Made by a program: the position numbers and the translations under genes. This document shows positions 19,544-28,198 of a DNA stretch of 64,000 nt, piece by piece. The notes under the pieces were generated by a model, which worked only from the letters and a program-made list of their open reading frames with translations, was not told the DNA's origin and did no database searches. Source of the DNA: a virus. The stretch is taken from positions 42,482 to 106,481 of the IMG/VR virus record IMGVR_UViG_3300047509_000156, one strand, 5' to 3'. How positions within the stretch are numbered: the stretch's first letter is position 1; each line of letters opens with the position of its first letter.

Positions 19544-19765
19544 TCATAGCTTCTCCTTTTCTGCTTCGTGGCTTCTCTGCCGCAACGCCTCTGCCAGCGC
19601 ACGGGCGGTTTTCGGATCGAGACGCAAAACGGTGACGGGCTGGGCGAAAGCAACCACGACGCTTCCCTGGTGCGCCATGATGTTGACATCGACGTTGTGC
19701 GTCTCGGGCAGCGTCGCATCTTGGGGCGGCAAGTTTACTCGCGGCTCGAAGTCGTCGTTGGTCAT
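19544..19765 (-). CDS. Hypothetical protein
   Basis: AAGGAG RBS; coupled to csrA. Confidence 0.6.
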   Translation of the reverse strand: MTNDDFEPRVNLPPQDATLPETHNVDVNIMAHQGSVVVAFAQPVTVLRLDPKTARALAEALRQRSHEAEKEKL

Positions 19766-19947
19766 CGCTTGCTCCTTTCCTTTTCCTCTTGCGACATCAA
19801 TTCCTCCCTGAGAACCGTAACCGTCCTGGGTGCCTCGACGCCCAGCCGGCAGCGGCCTCGATCCGTGTTGATGAGGGTAATCCAGATCGGCCCATCCGAT
19901 GTTTCCAGGTAGATCCGTTCACCCGTTTGTCGTCCCAGTACCAGCAT
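19762..19947 (-). CDS. csrA: Carbon storage regulator CsrA homolog
   Basis: MLVLGRQTGERI...RLGVEAPRTVTVLREEL matches the CsrA signature. Confidence 0.9.
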   Translation of the reverse strand: MLVLGRQTGERIYLETSDGPIWITLINTDRGRCRLGVEAPRTVTVLREELMSQEEKERSKR

Positions 19948-20183
19948 CCTTCTTCCTCCTTCTGTGAGAACGGCTTTCCGTTTTTACCTTCGGCCTCTTC
20001 GGTTGTCCGGCGTCTAGTTCGTCCAGCACATGAACCAGACACTCGCCGCACACTCTGGTTATCAGCAGCGGCAAAAATCCCTCGTCTTCCCGGTAAACGA
20101 GATGATCTCCCACGCTATCGCAGCGGTAGCACAGGCGATTTGTCTCGATAGTGCGCGTCGAGTAGGGCACGGCAGCCTCCCGC

Positions 20184-20477
20184 TCACGAGACCTGCGGCA
20201 AGGGTCGGACGTGCCAGCGTCCCTTGACCTGGAAGCCCCAGAAGACGTTGGCGTCGTGCCATCCCTTCTGCCACTGCCGGTAACAGTGCCGGTCGTCGGC
20301 GTGACTGTAGGGGTTGTCCGACAGCCCCTTACCGGCGATGCGGTCGCTGGACCCGCGATTGAACGCTGTCGCCATCTGTTCGGTGAGCGTTTCCTTGTAC
20401 TCCTGTTTCAATCCGCCCCCCCGGTCATCCGAGGGGGAATTCTCGTCATAGCCTGGCATCTTCTCGTGGTCGATCAT
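20184..20477 (-). CDS. Rmf/CrpP-like small protein
   Basis: AFNRG....AG....NPY........W.KGW motif. Confidence 0.6.
   Translation of the reverse strand: MIDHEKMPGYDENSPSDDRGGGLKQEYKETLTEQMATAFNRGSSDRIAGKGLSDNPYSHADDRHCYRQWQKGWHDANVFWGFQVKGRWHVRPLPQVS
20405..20441 (-). CRISPR. Solitary CRISPR-repeat-like unit inside a CDS
   Basis: AATTCCCCCTCGGATGACCGGGGGGGCGGATTGAAAC; 9-bp stem (1 G-U) plus ATTGAAAC end. Confidence 0.6.
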
Positions 20478-20740
20478 TCCTCTTCCTCCACTCGCTCCAC
20501 CTTGAATTCCGGTAGGCTGTCCACGTCGATCAGCCGCCGCATCGCCGCCCGCGCCTCACCAGCCGTCCACGCTTGGACGATGAAGTCGATCTCCGTTCCG
20601 GCCAGGCGCCACAGGGGAGTTGGTTTCTTGAGGTGGACGACGCGGGCACCTATTTCCTTGTTGATATTGGCAAACGCACGCCTCTTACTCTTGGCAGACT
20701 TCAGGGAGGCGATCTGTTCGCTGATGCTTACCCGGCGCAT
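20474..20740 (-). CDS. Hypothetical protein
   Basis: GGAGG RBS; coupled. Confidence 0.55.
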   Translation of the reverse strand: MRRVSISEQIASLKSAKSKRRAFANINKEIGARVVHLKKPTPLWRLAGTEIDFIVQAWTAGEARAAMRRLIDVDSLPEFKVERVEEEE

Positions 20741-21348
20741 ACTTCCTCCTCCGGATACTCGTTACCCCAGCCATCGAAACCCGATCGCCTCTTACGGGAG
20801 AATAGTTCCAGTCGCGGTTCTGGGCTGCACTTCTCGACCATCTCCATGAAGGAGTCTGGTTTGACGCTGTGCGGCAGGCGTTCGGAGAGAAATAGAGTTG
20901 GTATCGCCTCCTCGACTTCCAGACGAAGTTTTCCACGGACGGCGAATAGGCAATGTTCCGTGGCACTGCGGAACCAGTACCCCGTCTTGCACGACGGCTC
21001 GAAGGAAGCCTTGTCGGCCTTTCTTACCTTGCCCCAGGTGATGATCGTCTTGGGTTTGAATCCCCACGCCCTAGCGAGGTCGTGTGCTTCCTCCATGAAG
21101 GAGTTTGTCGTCCAAAGATAGAGGTGGGCGTCCTCCTGAACGAGAGACTGTACGCCCAGACGGATCAGATCGATCATGCTCATCGTCTCGTAGTGACTGC
21201 CAAGATCGGCCTGAATGATCTCTGCCGCCCTCCCCTCCTGGCTGCCCCTGCCGCCATTGCCGACGACGGCGCGTGGCGAGTGATAGGGCCACGGCGGGTC
21301 AGCCACGATGCAGCGGTAGTGCTTCGGAAGATCACTCAATTGTCGCAT
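20728..21348 (-). CDS. MT-A70 family adenine methyltransferase
   Basis: IVADPPW, LYLWTTN, AWGF, HSVKP, RLELFSR, WGNE. Confidence 0.92.
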   Translation of the reverse strand: MRQLSDLPKHYRCIVADPPWPYHSPRAVVGNGGRGSQEGRAAEIIQADLGSHYETMSMIDLIRLGVQSLVQEDAHLYLWTTNSFMEEAHDLARAWGFKPKTIITWGKVRKADKASFEPSCKTGYWFRSATEHCLFAVRGKLRLEVEEAIPTLFLSERLPHSVKPDSFMEMVEKCSPEPRLELFSRKRRSGFDGWGNEYPEEEVCAG

Positions 21349-21360
21349 TTCCGCTCCTTA

Positions 21361-21720
21361 TTAGATTTCCCAGAGAGTAACCACGATCTTGCCGCCCTTG
21401 CACACTTCCTTGCGGATGACATGTAGATCGTCGATATGTTCATCATCCTGATAAACTCCGGCCTTTTGCAGGGCGTCCAAAGTCGATTTGGCTAAGTTAT
21501 CGATATCGCGTCCTCGACGATCAGGAGGGAACACCTCGATAAGCACGCCGAGCCTGCCGTCCATTGGCTTCAGGCGAGCGATAACGCACATGATGCCGAC
21601 TGCTTCCCTGAACAGTTTACCTTCCTCGCTCACAAGAACCTTGATCCCCTTGGGGCAGGCTACATGGCGCCAGTAGTGGTTGACGCTTGGAGCGAAAGGG
21701 AGTTCGATTGTCTGCTTCAT
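21361..21720 (-). CDS. rusA: RusA-family Holliday junction resolvase
   Basis: PSVNHYW, PPDRR.RDIDN..K..LDAL, DD..IDD. Confidence 0.92.
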   Translation of the reverse strand: MKQTIELPFAPSVNHYWRHVACPKGIKVLVSEEGKLFREAVGIMCVIARLKPMDGRLGVLIEVFPPDRRGRDIDNLAKSTLDALQKAGVYQDDEHIDDLHVIRKEVCKGGKIVVTLWEI

Positions 21721-22061
21721 GTCGTCTCCTTGACCACCTCGTACTTTCTGCCGACCCTCTTGATGTACCCCGTAGCGATCAGCCCTCTGGCGCCGGCCAG
21801 ACAGGCGTAGACTCGCCGCGAGCAGGCTGAATCGCTCTCGGCTCCTATGAGTCCGAAATGCGTCTGGCTTTCTTCCCAGCAGGCCAGTATTAGCGTGGTG
21901 AGCGAGAAAGGTTGCTGGAGGTTTTCTGCCACACCGAGAAGCACCTCCACGGCTGATCCGGGTATGAGGATTTTCTTCTTGATGGCGTGTTTCTCGTCGT
22001 AGACGCGGTTCCACTCAGCCTCGTCGTGTGCCGCCAGTGCAGCAGGGGTGTCGTCGTTCAT
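21717..22061 (-). CDS. Hypothetical protein (possibly wHTH)
   Basis: Coupled ORF with GGAGA RBS. Confidence 0.55.
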   Translation of the reverse strand: MNDDTPAALAAHDEAEWNRVYDEKHAIKKKILIPGSAVEVLLGVAENLQQPFSLTTLILACWEESQTHFGLIGAESDSACSRRVYACLAGARGLIATGYIKRVGRKYEVVKETT

Positions 22062-22236
22062 TTATCTCTCCAAAGTCCCAAACGTCTCAGTTCTTCCTCG
22101 GCCTGCCGCGCCAGTTCCTCGATCCGCTCCTCGTGTCCTGGCGGATCGTGCAGGACGAGATCGCCGTGGTGGCGTCTCTGTCTCGTCTTGGTCATCGTCT
22201 CCGATGGCCGGCAGGCGTGAACGCTATTATTCTCCA

Positions 22237-22653
22237 TCAGAATCCTCCGCCCTGCGAGATGTAACCGGCGACCTTCTCGGGCAACGGTTCCGGCTTCACA
22301 TCGGCCAAGTCCATGCGTCCGAGAAACTCGATGGCTAAAGCACGGACGCAAAATGAGTACACGCCCTTACACGTCTTGATCCAGGGATGTCCGCGTACCT
22401 GGCCGTCTGGTTTGCTCCAGGCTTCGAGGAACTTGCACACCAGTTTATCCAGCGGCGTGCCGTACTGGATCGCCGTCGAAAACAGGATGGCCCAGTCGTC
22501 GGCCACTAGGCGGATGTCACCGTTGCCGACGACGAGGAACACCTCCCCCAACTTGCCGTCCTCATAGAGGCCGCAAGTCAGAAACACGTCCGTGCCTCCG
22601 ATATCGACGGACCATGTGAAGGATTTGCGACGGTCGGGGAGTTTACGGTACAC
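22237..22653 (-). CDS. Stand-alone TSCPD domain (class II RNR C-terminal-like)
   Basis: RKLPDRR, G.YEDG..GEVF, S.AIQYG.PL. Confidence 0.8.
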   Translation of the reverse strand: MYRKLPDRRKSFTWSVDIGGTDVFLTCGLYEDGKLGEVFLVVGNGDIRLVADDWAILFSTAIQYGTPLDKLVCKFLEAWSKPDGQVRGHPWIKTCKGVYSFCVRALAIEFLGRMDLADVKPEPLPEKVAGYISQGGGF

Positions 22654-22945
22654 CTTGCATCTCCTTGGATTCTCTCTGTCTTTGAATCGTCACCGCACGC
22701 CACATGGCTTCCAGAGTTTCGTGGAGATCCTTCATCTGATCGGCCTTGCCGCGAACGCCGGCACAGAGCATCTTCTTGATGGCGTGCTGCCGCGCCGGGC
22801 AGGTTATTCCGAACGCCTCCAGTACGCAGTACACGTCAACGAGGATAGGCTTGCCGTTGTCGTCTGCCGGGTGGATCAGACGGAGATACTTGGAGCCGCT
22901 GTGGCTCTGTATTGGCCTCTCGTAAATAGACGGGTCTTTTTTCAT
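22643..22945 (-). CDS. Conserved phage protein (DUF3310-like)
   Basis: DVY.VL.AF.ITCPA.QHAIKK.LCAG.RG. Confidence 0.75.
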   Translation of the reverse strand: MKKDPSIYERPIQSHSGSKYLRLIHPADDNGKPILVDVYCVLEAFGITCPARQHAIKKMLCAGVRGKADQMKDLHETLEAMWRAVTIQRQRESKEMQGVP

Positions 22946-22991
22946 GGTTGTTTCCCAGGCAGCCGGCGGTTCTCCTTGCCCACTATCTCCA

Positions 22992-23091
22992 GTTTCAATC
23001 CACAGCCAGCCCAGCGGCCGGCTGCACCGTCTCATCAGTCCGATCAGATTGGTGGTTTCAATCCACGCCTAACCCACATGGCCAGGCGCAC
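22992..23091 (-). CRISPR. CRISPR mini-array (2 repeats, one 27-nt spacer), type I-C-like repeats
   Basis: GTGCGCCTGGCCATGTGGGTTAGGCGTGGATTGAAAC - CACCAATCTGATCGGACTGATGAGACG - GTGCAGCCGGCCGCTGGGCTGGCTGTGGATTGAAAC. Confidence 0.8.
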
Positions 23092-23116
23092 GATTCCGCC
23101 GGCTGCCTGTTGATCG

Positions 23117-23962
23117 TCAGTGGTCGCGAACCCACACTGTCTCGACCATGCGCCTCTTGGATTCTCCCGATGCGGCGTTGTTCGGCAGCGTCCATTCCTG
23201 CTGCGTTGTGTGCTTGTTCAGCATCCGGTCGTAGAGGTCGTTGCGGTATCCCGAGAGGATAAACTTCGACTTACCGCGAAGCAACTGCTCCAGAAGCCTC
23301 TCGTGCTGTTCGACCGTCATCTCGTGCTGGTAGTCGTCCGTGCTGGCGCGGGTCTCGGGCATGTAGCTTGGATCTAGGTACAGGAGCGTGTTCTCGCCGT
23401 CCTGCTCGCGGCACACGTCGATGCCGTCGTGGTTGAGGATGACGACTCTCTTCAAACGGGCGTGGACCTCTGGAAGTCCCTCGATGCACGTCAGCCACGC
23501 GGATGCCTGCTCGTTCTGTCCACGGCGTGTCCTGTTCCGCGACAGTGGGGCGAAGTGTTTCATTCGCCCAGCGAGCGATTGGCGGCAGCAGATAAAGAAA
23601 CTACAGGCGCGGAGAACACAGGCTGCTGTTCCTTGCGTGGTGATTTCGCTGGAATCTGGAACACCTTTCCACCCGATATTCCTCAGAATTCCGGCGGAAA
23701 CAGTCCACTCGAACTCGCTAAACGGTGTCGCTTCGATGACACGGAAGAACGCCTCGAACGTATGCGGGTGACGGATAACAGTCCAGAAGTTTGTCAGGTG
23801 GCGGTAGAGGTCGTTCGCAACCTCGCTGACACCTTCCGGGTTCTTGGCGAGCAGGACAGACAATCCGCCAGCGAACGGCTCGACGTAGTGCAGGTGCGGT
23901 ATCGAGTCGGTAATCTCGACGATCCTGGCGGCAAGGTATGATTTTCCGCCATTCAGTGCCAC
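23117..23962 (-). CDS. Dam/D12-class DNA adenine methyltransferase (N-terminus disrupted)
   Basis: GGKSYLA, YVEPFAG, EVAND, YLDPSY; the KWH of the usual KWHGGK start is in another frame. Confidence 0.85.
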   Translation of the reverse strand: MALNGGKSYLAARIVEITDSIPHLHYVEPFAGGLSVLLAKNPEGVSEVANDLYRHLTNFWTVIRHPHTFEAFFRVIEATPFSEFEWTVSAGILRNIGWKGVPDSSEITTQGTAACVLRACSFFICCRQSLAGRMKHFAPLSRNRTRRGQNEQASAWLTCIEGLPEVHARLKRVVILNHDGIDVCREQDGENTLLYLDPSYMPETRASTDDYQHEMTVEQHERLLEQLLRGKSKFILSGYRNDLYDRMLNKHTTQQEWTLPNNAASGESKRRMVETVWVRDH

Positions 23963-24255
23963 TTCAAACAGGACGGCACAGGCCGAAACGTCGAAGCGGC
24001 ATTCCTCCTTTCACTGGTCATCTTGTCCCTCCTTTCCCGGTACTTCTCCAGGCATGGCTTGCACACCAGTCCGTAGCGCCAGATCCACCAAGCATCATCC
24101 AGAGGCTCGATCACCTCTTCGCATGTCCGACATGGGTACGCCTTGGTGACGAGGATCTTCTGGGCGCTACGCCGCGCAGGCAGACGCTCGACGGATGCGA
24201 GTTTGCCATGTTCGTCGCGATACTCTCTGTATTCAGGAGCCTGTTCCACACTCAT
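23953..24255 (-). CDS. Zn-finger protein ending in the Dam N-terminal segment
   Basis: CRTC..CKPC then ...PSCLKWH*. Confidence 0.55.
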   Translation of the reverse strand: MSVEQAPEYREYRDEHGKLASVERLPARRSAQKILVTKAYPCRTCEEVIEPLDDAWWIWRYGLVCKPCLEKYRERRDKMTSERRNAASTFRPVPSCLKWH

Positions 24256-24724
24256 CGGAGTTCCCTCCGTCGCGCCACTCGCAGAAAAAGCGCCATAGTT
24301 TACGCTGCATCCGCTCGATACTGCTGTCCTCGGCGGTGAAGCAGTGCCCGCAGGGAAGCACCGCCTTGCCCTCATGGCGTTGTTCCGGTGTCGCGTGATA
24401 GATCGAGGAGAAGTTCGTTCCGTCTGGCCATCTGAATGATTCTTCCGGCGCGGGGCGGTTTTGCCGCTCGACGAGCATCTTGGCCTTCCGCGCCTCAGCA
24501 CGCGCCTTGCGCTTCTCCTGCCGGCAACTGCCGCAATCCTCCTGGGCATAGGAGGCGACCGGGCGAACATGACCGCACTTGAATGCCACGTTCTCCGTCA
24601 GTTTGACGTGACACTTCGGCACCGGCAGGTCGTTGGAGATCTGCGGCTTGTCGGCCACGATGAGTCCCTTGGCCGCTTGTTTACTTCGCATTCGTTCGAG
24701 TCGATCCCCCATCATTTCCTCCAC
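24233..24724 (-). CDS. Hypothetical Cys-containing protein
   Basis: ORF with GGAGG RBS. Confidence 0.55.
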   Translation of the reverse strand: MEEMMGDRLERMRSKQAAKGLIVADKPQISNDLPVPKCHVKLTENVAFKCGHVRPVASYAQEDCGSCRQEKRKARAEARKAKMLVERQNRPAPEESFRWPDGTNFSSIYHATPEQRHEGKAVLPCGHCFTAEDSSIERMQRKLWRFFCEWRDGGNSDECGTGS

Positions 24725-24742
24725 CAGAGTAGTTCGTGCCAG

Positions 24743-24847
24743 TCAGGAAACTGAGCGGCCTTCGTCCCCGACTTTGAAGCCTTCCAGAACCGCCTCGGCG
24801 CGCCGCCAGAGAAAGACCACCAACCATAAGGCAATCCGTTGCAACAT
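24743..24847 (-). CDS. 34-aa hydrophobic peptide
   Basis: GGAGG RBS; MLQRIALWLVVFLWRRAEAV...; directly follows a solitary repeat. Confidence 0.45.
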   Translation of the reverse strand: MLQRIALWLVVFLWRRAEAVLEGFKVGDEGRSVS

Positions 24848-24862
24848 CGTAAACCTCCATGA

Positions 24863-24898
24863 GTTTCAATCCACAGCCAATATTGCGACCGGACGCAT
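24863..24898 (-). CRISPR. Solitary degenerate CRISPR repeat
   Basis: ATGCGTCCGGTCGCAATATTGGCTGTGGATTGAAAC; 27/36 identical to repeat 22992-23027. Confidence 0.65.
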
Positions 24899-25186
24899 CG
24901 GAAAAATCGCCCGCCGCCGGGTTGGACTGCAAACGACAAAGGTCTGGCGCCTCTCCAACGAGGATCGGCACTCCCAGCGGCGGGCGAAGTCACGTCTTAG
25001 GCTTATAAGTCTTCAGAGTGCCGTACACTCCACATCACCTAGCCTTTCCTTGTTTTGTGCTCGCCGGAGCATAGAAGAGAACCCCCAACCACGAGCGTCC
25101 TTTACCACCCTCCGGCGAGCCTGGCCTCTCGGGTGGCCTCGCGATGACCCGCGCCGGCAACGAGCCGGATAGTCTCCCGAGAAGGA

Positions 25187-25486
25187 TCACGCTGTCCGCA
25201 TCGCTTCCGGTTTGCAGACGATAAGTTGCAGGACGGGCTGGATCGTAGCCACTTCTCTGTCCTCGAAGGAGATGACGCCCAGACGCCGTAATTTCCTGAC
25301 GATGTGGTGGACGTGATTGCTCGCCTTGAATCCGCATCTCTTGGCGACCGTGCGAATGGAGATCGGTTTGCGCTCCCGGTAGAGGTCGTAGATGGCGGCG
25401 ATCACCTTGACGTGACCTGGAGGCAGAACGTCGGAGCGGATGGATCGCGGCATGGTGTGGTAGATACTCGGTACTCTGAGAGACAT
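25187..25486 (-). CDS. LexA-like DNA-binding domain protein
   Basis: SIR.VA..CGF.....V......L...G.I wHTH; no protease domain. Confidence 0.7.
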   Translation of the reverse strand: MSLRVPSIYHTMPRSIRSDVLPPGHVKVIAAIYDLYRERKPISIRTVAKRCGFKASNHVHHIVRKLRRLGVISFEDREVATIQPVLQLIVCKPEAMRTA

Positions 25487-25558
25487 GGTCCGTTCTCCGT
25501 TGTTTATGTCTTCCTCTGCACTATATACGCTCCTGTCTCTTGCGTGTGACAGGGAGAG

Positions 25559-25876
25559 TTATTTTTTCTGGCCATTGCCGTTGGTGTGCGTGCCATTCGT
25601 GCCGGCGGCGACGGCTATCTTGGGCTTTTCGGCAGGCTTTTCCTGGGGTCGCTCGGCGTCGAGGTGTTTCTGGTACTCGTCGATGATGAGACCGATCAAT
25701 CGGTCGGCCTCGCTCTTGGCCACGGCGGTGGTGACGTTTCCCAGCGTCTCGCGGTCTTCCATGTTCCCCGAGTGACAGGCACTCATCGTGGCGGCGCGGA
25801 AGGAAACCGTCCCCGAGAGGATAACACCCACGGTCAGGCCGTGGAGGCGTGCGATGGTGCGTTCGCGTGCGGTCAT
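25559..25876 (-). CDS. Hypothetical protein
   Basis: ORF after the helicase. Confidence 0.5.
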   Translation of the reverse strand: MTARERTIARLHGLTVGVILSGTVSFRAATMSACHSGNMEDRETLGNVTTAVAKSEADRLIGLIIDEYQKHLDAERPQEKPAEKPKIAVAAGTNGTHTNGNGQKK

Positions 25877-25894
25877 GGGTGACGCCTTTCGTGG

Positions 25895-28198
25895 CTAATC
25901 GGGGATTGGTTCGTCCGAGACGACGTAAACGTCTTCGTGTTGCGTTGGCGTACTGACCATTGACTGCGCCGCTCCCATAAGCGCCTTTTTGCGCTTGCCC
26001 TGCTGGGCAAGATGGTCCCAGCGCTCGCGGGGTAGGATGTTGTAGACGAGGGACAAATCAAGTCCGACAGCGTGCAGTTCATCCCTGTTTCTTGACTCGT
26101 TGATCCTTTTGAGACAATCGGCTTCAAAGACGGCAGGTTCCTTCCTGGCACCGATGACCAGGGAGGCGAGAAAACGCGACGATGCCTTGCTGGTGGCGAT
26201 GCCGAGATAGGCCATCAATTTGCATTGGCCGGGCGAAGGACCGCTCGCCTGCCAGGCATCCTCCTGAATGCCGCAGAGTGCAGCCACTCTGGCGGGGTCT
26301 GTCCGCAACCGCAAAAGTCCGATCATCCGGCCTGCCAATTTTCTGCTGGGCCGTGCCTCTAGTTTCATACCCAGCGAGTCGATGAATTTCATCTGACCAT
26401 CAGAGGCCAGGTTTGCCGGTGTTTCAAAAGGAGTGCTGTAGCCGATTTCGTTGACCGAGTAGCTGACCTCGGCGCCGGCACGGCTGCGCCGTTCAAACTC
26501 CTCGCGAGCCGCCTGTTCGGCTTCTTCGCGCTCAATACGGATACGCTCCTTGTCGACAGCATCCTGTCTCTTGGCCTCCTCGATGATTTCTTGAACGTCC
26601 ACAGAATCGTCCACGCCGGCAGCGGCGAGCAGCTTTTCCGCTTTCTCCTTGACCTCGTCCGGCAATCCCTCGGCGTAGATTTCAATGGTCGAAGCACAGT
26701 CGGCCAGGCCGGTTATGCCGACCAGATCGACGATGAGGGCGTTGGGCTTTTCGCTTGCCGCGATAGCCGCGCGCCGAGAGGTAGCGTCCGGGTACGTGTG
26801 TAGCTTCTTGGCGAGTGACCGCGCAGGTCGGCAGGCTCGTCCTTTCATTTGCTCGGCAAGAGAGGAGGCTTTTTTGCTGACGGGCCTGAGAACGGCGACA
26901 CAGGACACATCGGGGTCGTTGTAGCCCTCGCGACAAAGGCCGCAGACAGAGAGGAACTGAAACTGGCCGTTCTGGTGGCCTTCATAAACTTGCTTCCTCT
27001 CGTGGGGCGGCGAGGAGCCGTCGAGTTGTCGGGCGTTATCTCCCGACTTGGTGATACTTTCCTTTTCGATCATCTCGCCACACTTACAGACGGCGCCATC
27101 GCCGATCATGGCGGAGGGATACCATCGCGTCAGGCCACAGTCACAGCGAGCCTGGACGCGGGCGTTGATGTAGCGGGCGACGTTCTTCGACATTTCCACA
27201 CCGGGAGAAAAGATGAGCGTGCGCCGGTCTTCGACCAGATCGAGCAGCGGTTCCACCATTGCCGCCAGGTGTTCCTCCAGCGCTCTTTCCAGTGCCGCAT
27301 CGTCGTAGTCGCCATCAGTGCCAAAGAGTTCCGGGTTGCGAAAATCGACGCCGTCCACCTCGATGTAGCGCTGGATATAGGGCACAGCGTAGCCGTCCTT
27401 GACGGCACATCGTTTGACCGTACTGAAGAGGGGAAAGTCGATGGCGATGCCTGGGAATTGCTTGTGGCCGATGGACACTTGATCGAAGCGTTTGGGCGTT
27501 GCCGTCATGCCGAGGCGGCGATGGGAGGGGTTCTGGCTGAACCAGTCGGTAATGTGCCCCACCGAGGGTAATTTGTAGGCGTGCCGGTGTGCCTCGTCCC
27601 AGATGACCAGCCAGTCGAGTCGCCAGTCGAACTTATGCAGGCGGCTGACGATGTTGCCGCTCACTTCGGGCCGCTGCATCTTTTGCGTCATGTCTTCGAG
27701 GACGGCGGCGGTATCTCCTGCTTGCTCGATGTGCCGCAGATAGGTCTTGGCCATGCGTTTAGTCATGGCGCCAACCGAGGTGATGCCATACTTCGCCAAC
27801 TTGTCGAGTTGCTCTGGAGTGGGCGGTGATTCTCGCAAGAGGCTGGCGCGGCTGGCGACCACAATGCGCGGAACGTCGTCGTGGGGAACCTTTTCCGCCT
27901 CCATCTCGATGCCCGGCTCGATGCCGAGAAAGTCACGGATCTCCTGGGAAAACTGCCAGACAAGCTGTTTCTCGTAGGTGACGACGAAGATATGCGCCTT
28001 GTTGCTGCGGCGCATCCAGGTATCGCCAATGAGACAGGCGACGGGTGTTTTACCCGTGCCCGTGGCCATCCGCAACAGTACGCCTTCGATACCGCTGTCC
28101 CAGTGACGAAAAGCCACGTCGTGCGCTTCGGTCTGGTAGTCGCGCGGCGAGAGGCGAGTCGATTTGATGGACTTCTCAAACAGGTCTTGCTGTATCAC
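25895..28198 (-). CDS. SF2 (DEAH) helicase
   Basis: PRDYQ, ATGTGKT, DEAH, GMTAT, EGYNDP, QMKGR. Confidence 0.93.
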   Translation of the reverse strand: MIQQDLFEKSIKSTRLSPRDYQTEAHDVAFRHWDSGIEGVLLRMATGTGKTPVACLIGDTWMRRSNKAHIFVVTYEKQLVWQFSQEIRDFLGIEPGIEMEAEKVPHDDVPRIVVASRASLLRESPPTPEQLDKLAKYGITSVGAMTKRMAKTYLRHIEQAGDTAAVLEDMTQKMQRPEVSGNIVSRLHKFDWRLDWLVIWDEAHRHAYKLPSVGHITDWFSQNPSHRRLGMTATPKRFDQVSIGHKQFPGIAIDFPLFSTVKRCAVKDGYAVPYIQRYIEVDGVDFRNPELFGTDGDYDDAALERALEEHLAAMVEPLLDLVEDRRTLIFSPGVEMSKNVARYINARVQARCDCGLTRWYPSAMIGDGAVCKCGEMIEKESITKSGDNARQLDGSSPPHERKQVYEGHQNGQFQFLSVCGLCREGYNDPDVSCVAVLRPVSKKASSLAEQMKGRACRPARSLAKKLHTYPDATSRRAAIAASEKPNALIVDLVGITGLADCASTIEIYAEGLPDEVKEKAEKLLAAAGVDDSVDVQEIIEEAKRQDAVDKERIRIEREEAEQAAREEFERRSRAGAEVSYSVNEIGYSTPFETPANLASDGQMKFIDSLGMKLEARPSRKLAGRMIGLLRLRTDPARVAALCGIQEDAWQASGPSPGQCKLMAYLGIATSKASSRFLASLVIGARKEPAVFEADCLKRINESRNRDELHAVGLDLSLVYNILPRERWDHLAQQGKRKKALMGAAQSMVSTPTQHEDVYVVSDEPIPD

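Noticed and set aside
23028-23054. CTGATGAG hammerhead core in the spacer
   Set aside because: Could not build the three required stems around a cleavage triplet
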